NCBI RefSeq assembly: GCF_006345805.1
Contig: NC_043003.1
Coordinates: 43,772,001 to 43,836,000, forward strand
Origin: Octopus sinensis
Lineage: Eukaryota
Length of the DNA stretch: 64,000 nt
Direction of reading: 5' to 3'
Every line of letters begins with the position of its first letter. The stretch's first letter is position 1. The notes under the pieces are model-generated. The model was given only the letters and a program-made list of their open reading frames with translations, was not told the DNA's origin and made no database searches. Positions 57,263 through 64,000 of this stretch are shown here, piece by piece. A program made the position numbers and the translations under genes.

Positions 57263-58462
57263 TTAGGTTGTTTCACGTGAAATATCGTATATGAAAGGTA
57301 ACAATTAAAATGCTTCAGAAGTGTTAGATAACTGATTTATTTAATCAACGTATGATCCATGTTCATTTATGACGTTTACCCAACGTTTGTCCATGTTATA
57401 TATTCCACCTTTGAAAAAACAAATTCATCTTTTGCTGTGATAAACTGCCCGAATGCTTCAATTACCTTTTCTCTATTTAAGAATGTTTTATTACTTATAA
57501 CAATACTTAAATAAGAGATGATGAGTAAGAGAGACATTAGGGAAATAGGGAGGATGTTGCAAAATCTCATAGTTCAGGCTTTGCAGCTTTTGGAGTGACA
57601 GGGCGTAGATTGGGCGATCACTATTCACTAGCCTGGCTTGCTTCCTTTTCTAATTCTCATGCATACAATCAATTTCCTAGCAATATGATGTTGTTGTTAC
57701 AATGAATAAGGAATAGTTTCCTCCGCAGACCACCATACGGTGACCACTAACTTTCTGCGGTGCAATGGTGTGATTGAGTAGTGGTTAGGTGAGTCTCCCG
57801 CATCTAATCACTGTCATGTTCTCCTGCTGTTTTCAAAGAGTATCGCATCCATTTCTCATCACAGTTCAAAATTTGATACAAAGATAGTATTTTCCAGTCG
57901 AGAAAGCAATGTGGAACAAATCTCGAGGTGTCTGTTTTTTTTTTTTAATCTCGTTCAGTTGATGTGGAACAAACCGATACGCTTTCTTGACTTTTCCAAT
58001 TTTTTACAAGCGTCCAAAAACAGTTTTGCGAGATGTTTGGAATTCTGATGAAATTTTCGAACCTTTTTTCTTTGATTTTGTTCAACCAAAGCATTTAATC
58101 CATCATGCCGAATAGCTAATTTTGGCCCACCTCTTGGTTTATTTTCAAGGCTATCAGCTCCTGAACGAGAGCTTTGAAACTATCTCTGAACATTTCTGAC
58201 GTCAACTAAATAATTGCCCCAGGCCCGCCTGATATTCCGTAGAGCTTCTGCGGCAGAGTGGCCAAGTTTGTACTCATACGAGAAAATCACTCAACATAGT
58301 TTTGTTGTTATCATTTTCATAAGGTCTGCGGGTACTAATTTCGTATACCAATATTGTTGGGAAAGATAAAGAGTGAAGATTAAACGCAAGGTATACATAA
58401 TTGAGTTTTTAAGCGATTGAAATAACAATTAAAAATATCACATTTCATGTGAAACAACCTAA
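57263..58462 (-). mobile_element. Full-length decayed mariner (Tc1/mariner) DNA transposon with TIRs and TA target duplication
   Basis: TA-ttaggttgtttcacgtgaaat ... atttcatgtgaaacaacctaa-TA; the minus strand gives YEYKLGHSAAEALRNI, LEICSTLLSR, VTVWWS and TFLNREKV..ENAF-like transposase motifs interrupted by stops. Confidence 0.92.
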
Positions 58463-59373
58463 TACTTTTTCAATTTATTGTAGCATCGTACTAACAATAA
58501 CATTTTTCAGAAAAGGTATTACTTGCCAGCACCATATATTAATACAGAATTCCACATAAAAACGTAAGGAAAATATGGGAGTTTTATGCGGAAATAAGTT
58601 TACTAGGACGAAAATTTCTTGAAATTGTAAAAGTTTGGTTTTAGTGATTTAACCGTTTTGGGATTTTAGTATACAACCATTTAGGATCCATTGCAATGAT
58701 ACCGAGGAAAACTTTATTACTACCATTAATTTATTGCCGTACTGAAGCAGAGAAAATTATGATACATTAATGTACTTACTAACTGAAAACAATACAGCGA
58801 AAAATGAAATAAGATGTATGTTAAATAAAATATTTATTTTCGAACTTAGCAGTATCTGAAATATATGATTTTAATATATAAATGGGTGAATATGTGGGCG
58901 GGTGTATATTTTAGTGCGTGTGCATATATGTGTGCGTCCATATATGAGTGACTGTGCATATATTTATGCGCACATACTTGCATGTATGTGTGAAACGAGT
59001 ACAGAAGTAACAATGGAGACCTCAGTACAAGATTGGAGCTGATACAACTGTTGCTTAGCATAGCCTACGTAGAGAATGTATATTTGTTATGAACAGTTAC
59101 CCACCTGTCTAATATGCCAGGCAATATATTTGCGATATAATGGCTTACGGAAACCAATAAAATATTTCCATAGGCGTTATCCTAACACAAGAGTAAATTC
59201 AGGTAGAGCATATTTCCACGAATACTTTATTGTTTTGTTTAACAATCATATATGAATATACATATAAACATCTACATAGAATATTTACAAGAAATATATT
59301 ATAAATAATATACATACAAACACATATATATGTGTGTATGTGTTTCATGTCTGTATGCATATCAATGTAGCCT

Positions 59374-59374
<1 letters not shown>

Positions 59375-59445
<71 letters not shown>

Positions 59446-59551
59446 GCGTATGTGATATGTGTATTGTACTGCCGAGTGTGTATGACGATCTATCTATGTA
59501 TCTCTCTCTCTGTATTATATATAATATATATGTATATATAATATATATATA

Positions 59552-59600
<49 letters not shown>

Positions 59601-59683
59601 AGTGTGTGTGTGTCCGAGTGTGTATGACGATCTATCTATGTATCTCTCTCTCTGTATATATATATATATATATATATAATATG

Positions 59684-59714
<31 letters not shown>

Positions 59715-59749
59715 GTGTGTCCGAGTGTGTATGAAGATCTATCTATGTA

Positions 59750-59780
<31 letters not shown>

Positions 59781-59852
59781 ATATATATATATATATATAT
59801 AATATATGCATATATATATGTGTGTATATATATATATACGCAAAGACAGAGT

Positions 59853-59892
<40 letters not shown>

Positions 59893-59900
59893 AAATGGAG
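59375..59900. repeat. Compound microsatellite region with a 3-copy higher-order unit
   Basis: ccgagtgtgtatga(c/a)gatctatctatgtatctctc starts at 59472, 59614 and 59721. Confidence 0.9.
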
Positions 59901-60220
59901 AGCGAGTGTGAGAATGTAAGTGACATGCAATTATGCGGATAAACAAACTGAATATTGGAAATATAACAGCTTCGCAGTGAAATACGAAAAATGTATATTT
60001 GTATACGTCAAAAACAAGAGAAAGTAATGAGTGGAGACATTGACACGGAGAATATTTAAGTATAAATATATAGATATTTATATCTAGAATGTTTTGGAAA
60101 TTCCTTGATACAGTTAAAATATTTGGAAGGAAAATTTTCTTCTCAAAGAGTTAAGATGGAGAAGAAACCTTTTGAGAAAGTCGAAAGACAATAACGTTTG
60201 GAAAGAGATTTCACAAAATG

Positions 60221-60258
60221 CGTGCAAGCGCTTTCAGTTCTTAACATTTTCAAGCACG
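60221..60258 (-). ncRNA. Decayed type I hammerhead ribozyme downstream of a PLE endonuclease
   Basis: Minus strand cgtgc-TTGAAAA-tgttaagaact-GAAA-gcgc-TT-gcacg; 5-bp stem I, palindromic stem III, two transitions in the core. Confidence 0.55.
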
Positions 60259-60289
60259 TGTTATAGTATATAGTGAAAGTTGTTTTTCG

Positions 60290-60900
60290 TAAAAATTGTT
60301 GTTGGTTATTTCCGGTTTAGTTTCGGACTAAGAAATCTTATGAAATATTCATTTGACTTCTGGAGAAGGTCGTTCTCTTCATTTATTTTATGAAGAGGGA
60401 AAATTGTAAATTTTCCTTGTGCACAGGTGTCCAAATGATCGCTATATGGTATGCATCTAAGTGCAGGATGTTTTATTTGATGTCTGTGCACATTTACACG
60501 GTCGGTTAGTTTCGTTTTTGTTTCCCCAATATAATGTTCATTGAATCGTGGGAATATGATAAATATATAATACAATATTTGATACAATATATCAGGTTTT
60601 AGCTTTTAAAGTTAATATTTGCATTCACCCTTAATTCTTTTCCATTCTTGAAATTTTTGTCTGGTCCCTGTTCTATTAAATCACATGTCTCACATCAGGT
60701 GTTTCCACATTTGGTAACTTGCATAATTTCATCCTGTGATGCAAATCTTGCTTCGGTCAGAAGTTTCTTAAGATTTGGTGTTTACCATCGGCTGTTGATT
60801 ATTTGTTGTTTCTTGATTATTTGACGGAGACATGGGGATTGCTGTAGAAATAGTAGAAGGGGTTTGGCTGTTTGTAGAAAGCTGTGGTTCTTGGGATTGT
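60290..60900 (-). mobile_element. Penelope-like element fragment: CxxxxCxxC linker plus GIY-YIG endonuclease
   Basis: TKCGNT*CETCDLI..NLIYCI, then HYIGETKTKLTDRVNVHRHQI..SDHLDTC..IFP..EYFIRFLSPKLN. Confidence 0.85.
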
Positions 60901-62114
60901 GAGTGATAAAAAATGGGATATTTTTAGATTCAGTTATCGCTTGGTCTATTAGCTTGATGGGGTGTTTTTGTTTTTTTAAGGAACAATAGATCCAACTTAC
61001 ACAGAGAAAATACTACAAACGACAGAGAAAAATAAAGCGAAGGAATGATCAAATGTGAAGAGCAAGCAGTATTAGAGAGAGGAAGTGGGTAGTTCGGTGA
61101 GATTATAGGGAATGTTAAAACTGCGTATTGTGAGATTAGATAAGAAGTCTAGGTCAGGAAGATAGAGATGAGTATTAACAATTAGGGTAGTAAGGGATGT
61201 AATAGTAGAGGTAGATAGTTGGGAGATGGGTGGGAACAGTGGGATAAATATTAAATAAAGAGTGGTCACACACTTTCCTTCCCTCAACTAATCCCTATCC
61301 CTTGTTTCACTATTCCATCTCCCAGCAATTCTATTGACATTAATCATAAACTTTAACAACTATAGACAAATCTAATAACGGCAACGCTTCCATTACTATC
61401 TATATCATACCTCCCACTCGTCACCCAACACTTCACCTCAAATACAACCTCCCTTAATACCTTCATTATTAACAACTTCCCACTTTCTGAACTAGCTCTC
61501 ATATCTCCTCTCAATAGACCCTCACTAAACACTCCCCATAACCCCACTGAACCGCCTACTTACTCCCGCTAAAACTGCTTGCTCTCCACATTAAGACATT
61601 CAAATTCTCTGCATTATGATTTGAAATGTAAGAGCTTTTCTGCCCTGATGATGGAGGTCCAATTTAACCAATGTTGATAGCTTACATTATAGTCTGCAAT
61701 GTTATCATGGGTCACCAAGACCCTAGGAACAGCTGCTGGACTTATAACTCCTTACTACCTACATTTAACTTCCGCTGTCGTATAAATTAGGTTTATTATT
61801 ATAAACTTTTATATAGTTACATTTAAATATTCATCGTCTGAAAGTCTCCATTCTTTGCTTTCTGTCGCTTTACATGTATACATATATACGTATTTTGTTA
61901 GATTTAATATATATAATTTAATTCAATTAAATAATTTAATATATATATGTTTCTCCGCATAATTACCTCCGTATTTGCTAAGATTGAGACCTCTTATAGC
62001 TATACTTTACCTCACGAAATTTATCTCCTGCAAAGATGTAAGTTTGAATCATTTGAGCGCTACTGTCTTCTGTACTGAGAATATCTGGATCTCATCTGTG
62101 GACTACACAAACAC

Positions 62115-62152
<38 letters not shown>

Positions 62153-62755
62153 ATACACACACCCATATGAGTGTGTGTGCGTGTGTGTGTGCTTATAGAT
62201 ATACATATATAAATAATTAAATATTATATTGGAATGTGAACGTGATATATTTAACAATGAAGTCATACAAAGAATTTTAAATAGAATCGAATTAATTTTA
62301 CATTAATTAGAACATTTCATAACTTTGTCATTAACTCTCGTCTGTAATGCATTATATATCCGAAACATGTAGACCTATATGATTAAAGAAATAATATATA
62401 GGATGTTTTGTGAATGGGAACCATTGAGCTTTGTAACTTAAAAATAGGAAAAATGGAAGGCACCGAAGGATTCTTCTCACATGAATGACAATTGGTAATT
62501 GTGTACATAATGTACTGGGTATTGTGTACTTAGTGTACTGGATGTACTGAGCTACTACTTATGGCTGCATTAAAAAGTAACGGTAAGCATTCATTCACAG
62601 AATAACATAAGCCAAAAGAGACCAACTATAACAGCGTACCTACTTTAATTCACATGATTTCGGATTTCGAGATCTGATTGTATTAACGTGATAAGGTTTG
62701 CAATATTTAAATTAAATGATATAGCATGGCATTCATTGCAAACTAGTGTCAGCGG

Positions 62756-62791
<36 letters not shown>

Positions 62792-63204
62792 GTCTCAACA
62801 TTCTGTGTGTGCGTCTGAAAAATATGTAAATATATGGATGTACACAAATAATACAAAGAAAGGCTGACTTACACACGCGTACACAGACGCACTTAAACAC
62901 AAACACACACTGTACGTGTGGGTGCGTATGCGTGTGTGTGTGTGTGCATATACACAAAATCTTCCTATGTGATATAATTCGATCTGAATAGCGCATGTTT
63001 AAATTGAAAGGATTCATTTTCATGTTTTATATACTTTTTATTTTTCAAAATTTTAATCATTAGAATATTCGTCAGAGATATCTATTGCAAGAAATAATCT
63101 TTGAGATCATATTCAAAACTGTTTCTAACCAAAAGCCATTTTGTCTCTTTGATGAATTTATTATCCAAAATATTCATTGATATTTTATGGTAATTGATCT
63201 ACCA

Positions 63205-63205
63205 T

Positions 63206-63265
<60 letters not shown>

Positions 63266-63303
63266 TATATACACATATATATATGTATGTATATATATAT
63301 ATA

Positions 63304-63384
<81 letters not shown>

Positions 63385-63385
63385 C
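63205..63385. repeat. (TA)n microsatellite
   Basis: Direct reading. Confidence 0.95.
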
Positions 63386-64000
63386 GTACATACACGAGCA
63401 TGTACATGTATATTCATTATAAATCAAGCACATTCATTCTCTCTCATACGTTATAAGTTAACATATCATATTGTTAATATGATTGGGATCTGCCGGTTAC
63501 CTATGGAATACAGAAATGTTATGTTTCTCTAGGGAAATTCGATAGTAAGCGAACGTTGGTGGTTTTCATGTGTTATCGTAATTATTATCGTTGTTACTGT
63601 TGTTGCTACTATTTCCCCTGATACAGCTCATACTTTTGCTGTAGATAATACAATATCGCATGAGATTCGGTTAAGATGTATTGACGGTATTGGGTAACGT
63701 GGTGTTTGTCGTTGTTTGGGGAAGTCAAATAAAATAAATTCATCAATGATGATGAAGCTATAACAGAGAAGCGATTGGGGCGTGATACCATATTCCAAAT
63801 AGAATGGAAACTCACGTGACTAAATTCGAAAAGTCCTAGTTATTATGACCAGTTTGACTGAGAACATTTAGATCCATAATCAGTTCTCGTTGAAACAATG
63901 CTGCCACTTGATCGTAAAATGCAGCTTTAAATCTTTGGAGCAACTAAAATAACTCGAAAATGGTGAAAATGATGATGTGGATGATGACAACGACGGCTGC

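Noticed and set aside
61640-61680. CTGATGA after the C-rich PLE-like tract
   Set aside because: No downstream GAAA or closing stems; at most a deleted relic
62340-62374. gtc...GAAA-catg-TA-gac hammerhead-like 3' half
   Set aside because: The CUGANGA core is unrecognisable (tgtaatg) and stem II does not pair

Overview
AT-rich, microsatellite-saturated eukaryotic intergenic or intronic DNA. The SINE families and repeat landscape look like a coleoid cephalopod, probably Octopus (inference, not tested). I can support no host protein-coding exon, RNA gene or CRISPR array. Most ORFs in the track are translations of microsatellites. The recognisable content is decayed mobile elements: four Penelope-like element (PLE) fragments including a large RT + GIY-YIG copy of probable Naiad type, three R4/Dong-like LINE copies set in trinucleotide microsatellites, a CR1/L2-group LINE, an RTE 3' end, a full-length TA-flanked mariner, a MITE-like hairpin and many tRNA-derived SINEs. 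The most notable signal is absent from the ORF track: a set of minimal type I hammerhead ribozymes read directly from the sequence. Four have an intact core (22010-22052 minus, 24315-24357 plus, 40503-40550 plus, 53797-53849 plus) and two are decayed (5760-5800 minus, 60221-60258 minus). Two of the intact ones sit symmetrically in the arms of a 2.5-kb fold-back element with about 1-kb near-identical inverted arms.
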